Below, piece after piece: positions 20,486 to 30,508 of a stretch of DNA of 64,000 nucleotides. Under the pieces are notes generated by a model. It was not told the origin of the DNA, searched no databases, and worked only from the letters and a program-made list of their open reading frames with translations. The translations under genes and the position numbers were made by a program. The stretch is from IMG/VR virus record IMGVR_UViG_3300033070_001583, positions 1 through 64,000 of that record. The stretch is one strand, 5' to 3'. The stretch's first letter is position 1. Each line of letters begins with the position of its first letter. This stretch comes from a virus. Its lineage: Duplodnaviria > Caudoviricetes.

Positions 20486-21101
20486 TCTTTTTCACTTTCT
20501 TCTTTTCCGGTACCGACGGTACGGCTCCAATAATCGCGTCTGCAAGGCCGTATTTCACAGCTGTGGGAGCATCAAAGTTATGATCGTGACCAAGCGTCAT
20601 GATCTTCTTAAGATCATCTGACGTAAGCTTACTGTGCCTCGAGACATACAGATCCATTCGATCTTGCAACCGTACCATCTCTTGCAATTCTGCTGCGATA
20701 TGAATTGCATTTCCACCTGTTGAAGTAGAAACAGGGTGCATCATGATTGTCGTGGACTCTCCTAGGAATCTCTTGCCTGGAGTACCTGCCGCAAGAATCA
20801 TAACACCAGCAGACATTACCTTGCCCAAGCCAGTCGTACGTACATCGCACCCATTCACATTCCTGACGATGTTAATTGCATCATATAGAGCAAAAGCATC
20901 GTGAACATTTCCACCGTATGTCGACATGACGATGTCGATTGGCGCAGAAGATTGCGAGCCAAGAGCGATAATATTCGCAATTGCATTTGTGATTCCATAC
21001 TCCTCAATCTCTCCCGTCAAGAAGATCATTCTTTCAACAGCCGAACCCTGAGATGTGTCGGTATTGTGATGCGATGACTTACTGGTGATATTTCTTCCCA
21101 T
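20475..21101 (-). CDS. clpP: ClpP-like ATP-dependent Clp protease proteolytic subunit
   Basis: IFLTGEI, STYGG, GKVMSAG (Ser), IMMHP (His), HD..F (Asp), AVKYGLAD; triad appears intact. Confidence 0.9.
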   Translation of the reverse strand: MGRNITSKSSHHNTDTSQGSAVERMIFLTGEIEEYGITNAIANIIALGSQSSAPIDIVMSTYGGNVHDAFALYDAINIVRNVNGCDVRTTGLGKVMSAGVMILAAGTPGKRFLGESTTIMMHPVSTSTGGNAIHIAAELQEMVRLQDRMDLYVSRHSKLTSDDLKKIMTLGHDHNFDAPTAVKYGLADAIIGAVPSVPEKKKVKKNGK

Positions 21102-21132
21102 GCTGTATCATTGTCCTTTTAGGTACTGATTT

Positions 21133-21363
21133 TCAATCTTCTCTTGAGAGACGATAATTTTCGAGATGCTGATTTGTGGAGCCAACGATATCGAGCATTG
21201 CTATGTTTGATTCGAGCTCGAGTGCAATCAAAGAGATGAGCTTGATGAGCTCAATGTCAGAGTGCAATTTTCTGAGTCGCTTTGCTTCGACTCTCAGCTC
21301 TTGGATTTTATCAGCTCTCTCTGCAAGCTCAGACTGTTGATTCTTCGCTGAATGATTCGACAT
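21133..21363 (-). CDS. Small coiled-coil hypothetical protein
   Basis: Heptad-like ELAERADKIQELRVEAKRLRKL; fills the gap between neighbours with a 35-nt overlap. Confidence 0.45.
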   Translation of the reverse strand: MSNHSAKNQQSELAERADKIQELRVEAKRLRKLHSDIELIKLISLIALELESNIAMLDIVGSTNQHLENYRLSRED

Positions 21364-21808
21364 TGAACATTTCCTTTGAAAAGATACGAATGTATTTTCC
21401 CTCTCTCATTCCATCATACGATTCCGTACTGAGCTGTATGATGGAATCCCAAATTGCATTTTCAATGACAAATTTGCAGTGTTCCCAAACAGGAACATCG
21501 CAACCCTCGGCATCGAGAACTGCTGCAATATTACTCGGTAGCTGAGGTCTGATCGTATCAATCGTATTGACTGATTTCAATTCCTCCTTACCATTGAGGA
21601 TTTTCGATGTACAGAGTTCAGTTACTCTGTGAACGATTCCACAGTTATTGCACTGAACCGTTTTTGCGATTACTGCATCATTCTCAGTTACGGAGAACAC
21701 TACGAATTGATGATTCGGAGGGTTCTGCATGCTTTTGTACTGTGGAAGAATGCAACGGCATTTGATAACATGCCTCGTTCCAATTTTTGTAGGAGTCTTA
21801 TCAGCCAT
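21329..21808 (-). CDS. Hypothetical Cys-containing protein (159 aa); second half of the 276-aa track ORF
   Basis: Own Shine-Dalgarno GAGGAG 9 nt before the ATG at 21808; CRC and CNNC motifs. Confidence 0.7.
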   Translation of the reverse strand: MADKTPTKIGTRHVIKCRCILPQYKSMQNPPNHQFVVFSVTENDAVIAKTVQCNNCGIVHRVTELCTSKILNGKEELKSVNTIDTIRPQLPSNIAAVLDAEGCDVPVWEHCKFVIENAIWDSIIQLSTESYDGMREGKYIRIFSKEMFNVESFSEESTV

Positions 21809-21826
21809 GAAAAGAAACTCCTCAAA

Positions 21827-22072
21827 TAATTTTTTTTTTGCCTGTACGGTTACTGCAGTCTGTGGCTGCACGAATGACTTCTCGGCGTGCATTATGAAAT
21901 TTGTATGAGTTCTGCTGAGATCGTTATTCATCAGAGCGAGAACAGACTGCACTTGCTCTTGAGTGAGACCAACCTTTTGCATATTCGATTTATTTTGCAA
22001 CGAATCAGATAGCGTATCTTTTAGTGAATCTCCGAGTTGCTGAAGGCTGCGGAGATATTCATTCTTTGTCAT
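21827..22072 (-). CDS. Hypothetical helical protein (81 aa, TTA stop)
   Basis: MTKNEYLRSL...QAKKK followed by TTA at 21829..21827. Confidence 0.6.
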
Positions 22073-22079
22073 GTACCGA

Positions 22080-23108
22080 TAATATCTTCGAGACGAACTG
22101 CAGTGCAAATATTTTTTCGCTTGCAAGAGATGCGATATACGGATACACTTTCGTACCATCGCTCGAACAACCTGATGATATGCAAGCAGACAGTTCTCTT
22201 ACGAACTGAGAGAGCTTATTTGCAATTCTTCTGGAGGACGTTATGATCTCAAATCGTTTTGACGACAACCTTGATAGTCTAGTATCAATCAGCTTTACAC
22301 CATCCTCTGTGGAACTAGCTCGTCTCTGCATTAGGTCTGATATCAGCGATCCTGAGGATTTAATCCCAGCTTCAGATTCTATCTCGACAGAATTCTCGCA
22401 AGTACGGATTGCTTCAACAGCAGTCAGAGAAGACGGGTCAATCGTGATAAGAAGCTCACCGGTGTGATAATTTCTGATCGAAGCTGAGCATGATGTTGCG
22501 ATATCTCCGATCGTTGCGATATTACCAACGTCAGTTGACACTGTGTGAATCCAAAGATTTTTGCAACGCTTCAGATCTTGTATTGCTTCTTTTGATATTC
22601 CTCCGCAGAATACATGAAGTTTTGACTGAGATAGCAAATTTGTGAATCTCGACAGCTCAGATGCAGACTCAATGTACCCATCGTACGGAAGCACGAACGC
22701 ATTTGTACACTCTTCTCCTGAAGATATCACGCTGCACACAGGAAACTTTGCACATGTGTACTTTCTACAAACGATAGATTGCTTCGTATGATCGACGATA
22801 ATGTGTACACGGTACCCGTACGGTACGCGAGAGAAGATGTCTGATATCATTTCAGCTTCAGTCCCGCTGAAATGAGTACGTACGAGGGAGTTCATATGAT
22901 CCTGAGAGAATCTCATCTGCGCTCCTTTCCCCTGCGCAGATACGACGCCTGGATACAATTTTTCAAGATTTGAAAGAGTAGACTGCTCTCTTTTATCAAA
23001 AAGAGAGAGTGCAACTAGCAAATCAGACGTGAGTTCATCTCCGGGTGTACGGATCAGAAATCGATCATCAAATCTAATTTGAGCTCTTTCTTTAAGAGAT
23101 TTAATCAT
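22080..23108 (-). CDS. Divergent GroEL/Cpn60 apical-domain-like protein (342 aa, TTA stop)
   Basis: FVLPYDGYIESASEL, TIGDIATSCSASI and KLIDTRLSRLSS resemble GroEL segments ILL.DKKISNI, LQDIATLTGGTV and KLQERVAKLAGG. No GDGTTT motif. Confidence 0.5.
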
Positions 23109-23151
23109 TCTTAAAGAGAAGAGATAAGACAATAAATTTCTCATTTGCAAT

Positions 23152-23655
23152 TTATTTGTGTAGAGCGTCCCAAATAAATTTCGCTAGCCCGCTCGTAGCA
23201 AATGTCATGACTGCCCAGAACAATTTGTTATAATTCCCTTGTAGTTCTGCGACTTCTTTACTACGCGTAACGAGTCTGTCCTCGAGCAAGGCAACCTTCT
23301 GATCGAGTTGCACGACTCTCTGAGCCTCACGCTCAGAGATGCTCTTTATGTAGTCAACTTGCAAATTTGCAGTTTGATGTCTCAGTTCTAGCTCTGCTAG
23401 CTTCACGTCTGTTTTGTCTTCTCTTTGCCAATTTGCAAATTTTTCGAGTGTATTTTCTACTCTTTCAAAAAGAGTTTCTACTTTAAGCATTCCAGATTCG
23501 AGTTTCGACTGTCCTGCTTCAAGCTTGGCTTGAATAGAAGAAATTCTGCTGAAGATACCCTTATCCGGATCGTAAAGTGTTTCTTCGATGTTCTTGAGGC
23601 GAGTTTGTACATCGCCCGCGCCGAGCTGTTCTAGCTTAGGAGATGATTGCGGCAT
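23152..23655 (-). CDS. Coiled-coil protein with one C-terminal transmembrane helix (XhlA/holin-like architecture); start uncertain
   Basis: Long heptad region, then LFWAVMTFATSGLAKFIW. Confidence 0.55.
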   Translation of the reverse strand: MPQSSPKLEQLGAGDVQTRLKNIEETLYDPDKGIFSRISSIQAKLEAGQSKLESGMLKVETLFERVENTLEKFANWQREDKTDVKLAELELRHQTANLQVDYIKSISEREAQRVVQLDQKVALLEDRLVTRSKEVAELQGNYNKLFWAVMTFATSGLAKFIWDALHK

Positions 23656-23699
23656 GTCATATGAAATAGGCTTGCACTTCTGAGTACTACCCGCCAACA

Positions 23700-25655
23700 A
23701 TGATCTATATGACATTCTTGAACCAGAAGTTCTCATCATTCTCAGTTGGTCAGGTACCGGATGATGCAGATGTTGTTTTTGTGGCTGATATGTTCGTTGA
23801 GGACGGAGTTCTTGGTGGCGCAGAACTTACAACGGATGCAATTCTGGATGCCAGTCCGTACAAAATTTTCAAGCTGAGATCACGTGATGTTGGACAGTTG
23901 GCACTTCAGACTGGATCGAACAAGAAGTGGATTTTCGGAAATTACTCTCAAATTCCTGCGAACATCTTCTATCAAGTTCTGATTGCATTCGCAGAGAATT
24001 TCAACTATAGCGTTATCGAATACGATTACAAGTACTGTGTTGCAAGATCTCCTGAGAAACACGCTGCTCAAACAGGAAAATGTAATTGTCCTGGAAGTCA
24101 ACACACAAGTGTAATCGAAAAGTTTTACGCCGGGGCGAAGAGAGTTTACTGGATGTCAGAGAAACAGATGATGAGCTCGCTGAAAGCAATGCCTGCGCTG
24201 AGCTCACTCGGTACGAATCACAGTGTTCTATCTTCAGTATTTTCAGCAGATACTCTTGTAAAGCTTAACGTCTTTAGAGATGCACGCTCGCTGACTGATT
24301 CTTATCACTCAAAAGATGAGTGGGCAGTGCTCTCAGCTAATTCATGGATCAAAGGTACGAAACAAGCGATCGATCACTGTGAGAGAGAAGGACTGAAGTA
24401 CAGGCTGATTGGAAATCTTGCGTACGATGATCTGCTGACCCAGCTATCACTGTGCAAAGGGCTTGTTTACATGCCGCCGGGCGGAGACACATGCCCAAGA
24501 CTCGTTATCGAAGCAAAACTCATGGGACTCGATCTCATTCTGAATGACAATGTTCAGCATAAAGATGAAGAGTGGTTCGCATCAATCGACTCTTGCCTCG
24601 AGTATCTTGCTGGTTCAGCTTCTGAGTTTTGGCAGATGGTGAGATCTGACATGTTCACAAAGCCAACAGTCAGCGGATACATGACTACGTTCAATGCTCT
24701 CTCGCGGGGGTACCCCATCAGAGAAGCGATCTCATCGCTCAGTTTCTGTGATGAGATCTGTATTGCAGATGGAGGATCGACGGACGGTACAGTCGAGTTC
24801 ATCTCAGAACTGAAATCTCTTCTTGGAGATAAACTGAAGATCCGCGTTTTCGGAGAGCAAGACGGTCTGAATGCGTGGGATGGACCTGACTTTGCTGTCA
24901 ACGATGGAAAATTGAAAGCTCTTGCGAGAGAGATGTGTACAATGCAGTACTGTTGGCAGCAAGATTCTGATGAGATTCTTCCAGAGTCAGACGGTGAAAA
25001 AGTGCACTCACTACTCGAGAGAGTTCCGAGAGTTGGAAAGTTTGTGATTGCGCTACCTGTCATCGAATACTGGGGTGACTCTGGAAAAGTCAGAGCCGAC
25101 GTGAATCCATGGAAGTGGAGACTGTCTCCCAACAATGGAGATATCACTCACGGAATTCCTGCAGAGCTCAGAGCCGGCTCATCACACTCTCTTCCTGGCT
25201 CAGACGGGTGCGATATGATCGATCGCGAAGGAAACAGAATTCCTCTAATGAGCTTCTACACGAATGATGTTCACGCAGCACGGATGGCATTCGTGAAAGG
25301 TGATTCAATTGCGGGAAAAAATTATTCTGAGTGGTACCAAAAGGTAACGAGTGAGCTACCAACGATTCATCACTACAGCTGGATCGATCTTGACAAAAAA
25401 ATCAAGCTATACAGAGATTACTGGACACGTCATTGGAACTCTCTGTACGGCTCGAGCCTCGAGGACACTGCAGAAACGAACATGTTTTTCGATAAGCCAT
25501 GGTCACAGGTAACAGACGAAGACATCTCTAACCTGGCAAAGAAGCTCAAAGACACCACATACGGATGGATATGGCATGTCAAGTGGAAGGGACAACGCAT
25601 TCCTGGTTTGACATCTTGGACCTCTGATCCTCTAGGACTTGTGAAGACAAATTAA
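23700..25655 (+). CDS. Bifunctional glycosyltransferase (GT-B/GT4-like + GT-A/GT2)
   Basis: DTCPRLVIEAKLMGL (GT4-like); VSGYMTTFN...EAISSL.FCDEICIADGGSTDGT and QQDSDE (GT2). Confidence 0.85.
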   Translation: MIYMTFLNQKFSSFSVGQVPDDADVVFVADMFVEDGVLGGAELTTDAILDASPYKIFKLRSRDVGQLALQTGSNKKWIFGNYSQIPANIFYQVLIAFAENFNYSVIEYDYKYCVARSPEKHAAQTGKCNCPGSQHTSVIEKFYAGAKRVYWMSEKQMMSSLKAMPALSSLGTNHSVLSSVFSADTLVKLNVFRDARSLTDSYHSKDEWAVLSANSWIKGTKQAIDHCEREGLKYRLIGNLAYDDLLTQLSLCKGLVYMPPGGDTCPRLVIEAKLMGLDLILNDNVQHKDEEWFASIDSCLEYLAGSASEFWQMVRSDMFTKPTVSGYMTTFNALSRGYPIREAISSLSFCDEICIADGGSTDGTVEFISELKSLLGDKLKIRVFGEQDGLNAWDGPDFAVNDGKLKALAREMCTMQYCWQQDSDEILPESDGEKVHSLLERVPRVGKFVIALPVIEYWGDSGKVRADVNPWKWRLSPNNGDITHGIPAELRAGSSHSLPGSDGCDMIDREGNRIPLMSFYTNDVHAARMAFVKGDSIAGKNYSEWYQKVTSELPTIHHYSWIDLDKKIKLYRDYWTRHWNSLYGSSLEDTAETNMFFDKPWSQVTDEDISNLAKKLKDTTYGWIWHVKWKGQRIPGLTSWTSDPLGLVKTN

Positions 25656-25692
25656 TTTGTCAAAATAGAGTGATGAGAGCCATAATCGTGAT

Positions 25693-26409
25693 ATGGCTCA
25701 AGAAAAAATTGATATCAAAGATTACTTGCAGAGGCTGGGAATCGCGACTGACTCAATCAACCTCGTAGATTACGATGTTATCGGTGAGCACTGCGCAAGA
25801 AAGAACAGAGAGCCAACTTCTGAGGTTGCAAAACGTAAGGGTATGTTCTTCAGACCAAACTATGAGAGGGGGATTCTCATTGATTCTGTTATGAGACACT
25901 ACGATCTCAAGTCGTATCTCGAAATTGGATTTGGAAGGGGATACTCTGCAATCTGTGCAGCACTCTCATTTGTAAAGAGAGGTCTTGAGCCAGACGTCAC
26001 TGTTGTCGATCCTTATCTCGATGAGAAGTACATTGCACATCTCTGCAAACTTTTTCCAATTGCGTCAAAATTCACTTACGTGAAGCAACCAAGTCACCAA
26101 TTCTGGTTTGAGAAAAATGGTACTTCAGAACGGTGGGACTTCTGTTATATTGATGGAGATCACTCAGAACACGCAACTGGAATCGACTGGAGCGGCGCAG
26201 AACAGCACACGAACCGGTTCGTTCTGTTCGATGATTACCATGAGCCAATGAAAATGGATATTGGCATTAAATGCGCTGATGCGATTGACAAAATTGATCG
26301 CGAAAAGCTGTACATTGTCACAGATCGTAGAATCTTTCCAGATGACCTCGGGCCACGTACTCTAAGTGAGATGAATTACGGTCAGGTACTGATTGATGTC
26401 ACAAAATAA
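25693..26409 (+). CDS. Class I SAM-dependent methyltransferase (Methyltransf_24-like)
   Basis: YLEIGFGRGYS, DFCYIDGDHS, VLFDDY. Confidence 0.85.
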   Translation: MAQEKIDIKDYLQRLGIATDSINLVDYDVIGEHCARKNREPTSEVAKRKGMFFRPNYERGILIDSVMRHYDLKSYLEIGFGRGYSAICAALSFVKRGLEPDVTVVDPYLDEKYIAHLCKLFPIASKFTYVKQPSHQFWFEKNGTSERWDFCYIDGDHSEHATGIDWSGAEQHTNRFVLFDDYHEPMKMDIGIKCADAIDKIDREKLYIVTDRRIFPDDLGPRTLSEMNYGQVLIDVTK

Positions 26410-27118
26410 TTTTGTTTTCATCGCTCCCATGTTCAATGCGGGTGACACTCTGCAAAGAATGCTCCATTCGCTGTATGGACAGTCTCACGAGAGTTGGAGA
26501 CTCATTCTCATTGATGACATGTCCTCAGACGAGCATGCTAGCAAGTGCGAAAATATCATCAAAAATTTCTCAGCATTCTCTGATAAAATTCATCTCATCA
26601 CAAATGATGAGAAGCGTTGGGAGGTCGCTAACGTTCTCAGAGGACTGAGCGAGTGCTCAGAGACTGACATTGTCTGTAGAATCGACGCGGATGATTGGTT
26701 GACAGATCTTGACGCACTCAAAATTCTTGATCAAGTATACTCAGCGACGTCAGCAGACGCAGTTTGGACGGCTCACCGCTGGGGATTTACAGATCAAAAC
26801 ATCTCCGGCGCCCTTCCAGATCGTGCGAATCCATACACTCATCCGTGGGTTTCAAGTCACTTGAAGACTTTTCGCAAGAGTATCATAACAGGAGTGAATG
26901 ATGAAAATTTCAGAGGAGAAAATGGACAGTACATCAAGCGTGCTGGTGATCAGGCGATTTATCTCCCAGTACTCCACAGAGCGAAGAAGCGCGTATTCGT
27001 ACCAAGAGTGATGTATCACTACACGATCGATCTTTCACCATCGACTTTTCAGACTCATGATGCAAAATTTCAAAGAGATGAAGCAATCTTCTTGAGAGAA
27101 CGTGGATTTGTAGAATAA
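26396..27118 (+). CDS. GT2-family glycosyltransferase
   Basis: FIAPMFNA...SLYGQS...LILIDDMSSD, RIDADD. Confidence 0.9.
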   Translation: MSQNNFVFIAPMFNAGDTLQRMLHSLYGQSHESWRLILIDDMSSDEHASKCENIIKNFSAFSDKIHLITNDEKRWEVANVLRGLSECSETDIVCRIDADDWLTDLDALKILDQVYSATSADAVWTAHRWGFTDQNISGALPDRANPYTHPWVSSHLKTFRKSIITGVNDENFRGENGQYIKRAGDQAIYLPVLHRAKKRVFVPRVMYHYTIDLSPSTFQTHDAKFQRDEAIFLRERGFVE

Positions 27119-27143
27119 CTTGCTCACGCGTAAGGATTACGGC

Positions 27144-28046
27144 ATGAAGTATCTTTACGCAAATCAAGCAGTCGTGAATGGCCCATGGGGAGGAGGGAAT
27201 GCATTCATTCGTGCGCTATACGATCTCGCTCCGGAGTTTGGATGGACAGTCACGAATGATGCATCGTACATAAAACCGGGCACCCCAGTACTCTGTACAA
27301 CTCTTTCTGGAGACGGAGGAATATCATTTTCGTCTATGCTTGCTGTAAGAGCGAATTGCCTCAAACATCGTGGAAGAGATATTCCGATTGTTCTGAGATG
27401 TAACGAGAACGACGCAAGAAAAGGTACGACTCACGTTGATTCTGCGTGGAGATCAGCATTCGAACACTCTCATAGAGTACTGTTCGTATCTCACTGGCTC
27501 CAATCGTATTTTGGGCTGGCTGGAGAAAAATACGGCGTTCTCATAAACGGAGTTGACACTGAGATTTTCTCACAAGTCGAAAGAGTCAAATCAGATCGGC
27601 CCTCTGTGGTGGCTCATCATTGGTCAGACAATCCTCTTAAAGGATCAGACGTGTACGCATATCTTGATCGTCTAGCAAAAGACAAAATTATAGATTTTAC
27701 GTACATTGGAAGAATCAGAACTCAGCTTCAGAATACGAAGATCATCGCACCGCTGCATGGAGTAGAGCTTGGAAAGGCTCTTGCTAATCACGATGTGTAT
27801 ATCAGTGGCTCACGATTCGATCCTGGTCCTAATCATATCCTCGAGGCACTGGCATGTGGTCTTCCAACCTACGTGCACAAGGATGGAGGCGGCTGCATTG
27901 AGTTTGCAGGAGAAGATCATGTGTACACTGACACCGACACTCTGTTCAAGCAAGTCATGAGTCCAAAGAAAAATGAGATTCGATTGTTTACGTGGAGGGA
28001 ATGCATTATGAATTTGATCAAAGAAGCGGAGTCTCTAGAATGTTGA
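27144..28046 (+). CDS. GT4-family glycosyltransferase
   Basis: LINGVDTEIF, DVYISGSRFDPGPNHILEALACGLP. Confidence 0.88.
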   Translation: MKYLYANQAVVNGPWGGGNAFIRALYDLAPEFGWTVTNDASYIKPGTPVLCTTLSGDGGISFSSMLAVRANCLKHRGRDIPIVLRCNENDARKGTTHVDSAWRSAFEHSHRVLFVSHWLQSYFGLAGEKYGVLINGVDTEIFSQVERVKSDRPSVVAHHWSDNPLKGSDVYAYLDRLAKDKIIDFTYIGRIRTQLQNTKIIAPLHGVELGKALANHDVYISGSRFDPGPNHILEALACGLPTYVHKDGGGCIEFAGEDHVYTDTDTLFKQVMSPKKNEIRLFTWRECIMNLIKEAESLEC

Positions 28047-28822
28047 TAGCTTGTCTTTCATGGATCACTGACGAGAATTACGATCGTCGAATTGAAAAAG
28101 CGACAGAGTCGTTGCACTCACTCAAGCCATTGGGATACAGCACATTTGTTATAGACAACGGAGGAAATGGTTGGGCAGAGTCGAAAGCAAAAGAGCTAGG
28201 ACTATGTTACAAGAAACTTTCGAAGAACTACTACGACGTTGCAGTACATCTCTCTGCTTACGAGCTTGCAAAGAAGCATGGACAAAAATATTTCTGTTAC
28301 ACTTATGATGATTTCGTTCTATACGATTACGAAGCTCTTTTTGATGCTGAGTCATGGCTAGACAGAAATCGAGATGTTATCAACATGAGAGTTCCGAAGT
28401 ATGTTGCAGGAGCAAAAGCGTTCGATACCGCCTACACAAGCAAAAGTAAGAATTGCGAAGCTGTACGACATATTGATGGAGCTGGTGGAGATCCTCTGCT
28501 CTTTGGAAACGAAGAAATGGTAGGAGAGCACCGATTCATGAGATCGAATTGGCGTCCTAACTCTCGTCCAATGATCTGGAGAACATCTGCATTCTCAGAC
28601 TACGCCCTCATAACTGAGAATTGTCCTGTTATGCAACCATTCGAGAAACACATGTACGATGTTGCAGATAGAAGTGCAAAGACAATGAGATACAGGAGTT
28701 CGCTACTCAACGGAGGAGCATTTTCGACATTCCCGCAGGAAACAAGTGACAGGATGCAGCATCCTGATCTCTGTGCGAACAAAACTGTAAACACAATAGA
28801 GCTGATGAAAGAATTGTCTTGA
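28040..28822 (+). CDS. Putative GT-A fold glycosyltransferase
   Basis: FVIDNGG and YFCYTYDDF (DxD-like); lies within the GT operon. Confidence 0.55.
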   Translation: MLIACLSWITDENYDRRIEKATESLHSLKPLGYSTFVIDNGGNGWAESKAKELGLCYKKLSKNYYDVAVHLSAYELAKKHGQKYFCYTYDDFVLYDYEALFDAESWLDRNRDVINMRVPKYVAGAKAFDTAYTSKSKNCEAVRHIDGAGGDPLLFGNEEMVGEHRFMRSNWRPNSRPMIWRTSAFSDYALITENCPVMQPFEKHMYDVADRSAKTMRYRSSLLNGGAFSTFPQETSDRMQHPDLCANKTVNTIELMKELS

Positions 28823-29589
28823 TGCCAAAAATTTACGTTGGTACAATGTGGGCCGGGGAGGGCGGATTCGATCACTGTGTCGAAGCAATAGCCAAACAAA
28901 AGAATGTTTCGATTACACATCAGATTGTTGCGTACAAACCAGAGAGAGAAGCGCATTCGATTCTGTATTCAACTTGGGAGAGCGTGAAGCACAAGTACGA
29001 TGCATTCGTGCAAGTTGATGCAGATACAGAGCTCATTGATTACAAGGTCATTGGTCTCATGTATGAGCTGCTACAGGAGCAATCAAAGAACGGTAAAACA
29101 TCACTACAGTCTCCTCTGTACGATTATCTTACGTGCAGAAATATCGCAGGTTTGAACATGTACCTCCCCACCGTGCGGTTCAAGGAACCATCTGAGCTTT
29201 TTTGTGATCGTTGCACAGAGAATAACGTCACTTATCTTGGAGCTCCAGCAAGGTACTCCTGCGTTGGGCGTCATGCTGAACACAGCACTGGAATACAGAG
29301 CTACAGATTTGGTGTGCATAGGGGTCTTAAACGTGGATTCGGAGATGATTTCAATGCAATCGTGAAAGCAATCAAAGATGCTCACTCTGCAAAGATCTCA
29401 TGCTATGGAGAGAACGAAGGTCTTTGGCCTGATTTCGAATTTCAACCTCAAGAGCTAGCTCTATGCGGCTTCTTTCACGCAGAACGCTTCAAGGGCAAGA
29501 AATTCGATTATGATAGCGATGAGCTTCATAATGAATTCAATGCCATTAGAGAATCTGACATCCGCGAGTACGTCAGGAAAGTTCTATGA
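28822..29589 (+). CDS. Putative GT-A fold glycosyltransferase
   Basis: AFVQVDADT DxD motif; TGATG and ATGA coupling to neighbours. Confidence 0.6.
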   Translation: MPKIYVGTMWAGEGGFDHCVEAIAKQKNVSITHQIVAYKPEREAHSILYSTWESVKHKYDAFVQVDADTELIDYKVIGLMYELLQEQSKNGKTSLQSPLYDYLTCRNIAGLNMYLPTVRFKEPSELFCDRCTENNVTYLGAPARYSCVGRHAEHSTGIQSYRFGVHRGLKRGFGDDFNAIVKAIKDAHSAKISCYGENEGLWPDFEFQPQELALCGFFHAERFKGKKFDYDSDELHNEFNAIRESDIREYVRKVL

Positions 29590-30500
29590 GAATCAGAGTT
29601 CTCGTTGAGAATGAAAAGTACGTTAGGGATGAAGTATATCTGTCGAATGCTCTCAGATACCTTGAGAGTGCACACGATATCTTCATTGAAGATTACTCGA
29701 CCAGTAACAGAGTTTCGCAGAGCGTCGACGTTACACTGAGTATGATTCGGATCAGAAATCTTCTGAAGTATGCTGATCAGATCGGACAGGATCCCATCGT
29801 TGTGAACGATTACGATCCATGGTGCTCGCTAGCGATAGATCAACCGTACACTGGGCTGTACGATCTCATTTGGAAGCGATTGAACATTAGAGCCTTTCTC
29901 GTTTCATCATACGAGTGGTGCAAGATCTCACGGGATATGGGATATCCGACCGCTTGGTACAGAATCGGTGTACAAGCAAAAGATTGCGATCATGGAAATC
30001 GATTCTGGAACAGAAGATCGATAGATCTAGAATTCAGAGGCTCACGGCATGAGTTCAGAGTGAAGGCATTCGATGATCTCGCAAAAGCAGGTCTAACTGT
30101 ACCTTGGCCCGCAAACAAAGTACCTCTCTCACAATTTGGTGACCATCTAAGAAATGTGAGAGTTTGGGCTCATGATGAGAGCTTGAAATTCAGAACAATC
30201 AGAGGAGAGTGCGTGAATTCAAACTGGCTCTGGCCCAAAACTTGCGAGGTACTAGCCCGTGGGTGTTTCGTTGTACGAGATGAGCAGATGGAGATGTATC
30301 ACTATGATCTCCACGAAATTCCAACTCTCATTACGTACAGAGGGATTGAAAATGCTAAGTCTGCATACGAGAGCATTCTTGCAATGAGTCCATCAGAACG
30401 AGATGACCGAATCAATCACGCAGTTGCACATATGCGACATGCAGATCCGTACAGAACATTTGCTGAAGAGTTTGAAAAAATCGTGTCAGACACACGGTAA
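29586..30500 (+). CDS. Putative GT-B glycosyltransferase (CgeB/Glyco_trans_1_2-like)
   Basis: IDLEFRGS...R and PKTCEVLARGCFVVRD resemble the R.FE..ACG motif. Confidence 0.6.
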   Translation: MRIRVLVENEKYVRDEVYLSNALRYLESAHDIFIEDYSTSNRVSQSVDVTLSMIRIRNLLKYADQIGQDPIVVNDYDPWCSLAIDQPYTGLYDLIWKRLNIRAFLVSSYEWCKISRDMGYPTAWYRIGVQAKDCDHGNRFWNRRSIDLEFRGSRHEFRVKAFDDLAKAGLTVPWPANKVPLSQFGDHLRNVRVWAHDESLKFRTIRGECVNSNWLWPKTCEVLARGCFVVRDEQMEMYHYDLHEIPTLITYRGIENAKSAYESILAMSPSERDDRINHAVAHMRHADPYRTFAEEFEKIVSDTR

Positions 30501-30508
30501 GATGTACC

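Noticed and set aside
21830-21839. A10 homopolymer as a phase-variation switch fusing two genes
   Set aside because: The TTA directly after it explains the junction without slippage, and it is the only such tract noticed.
24554-25147. 197-aa antisense ORF, and the many other 60-180 aa shadow ORFs in the track
   Set aside because: They lie wholly inside well-supported genes on another frame or strand and show no protein motifs.
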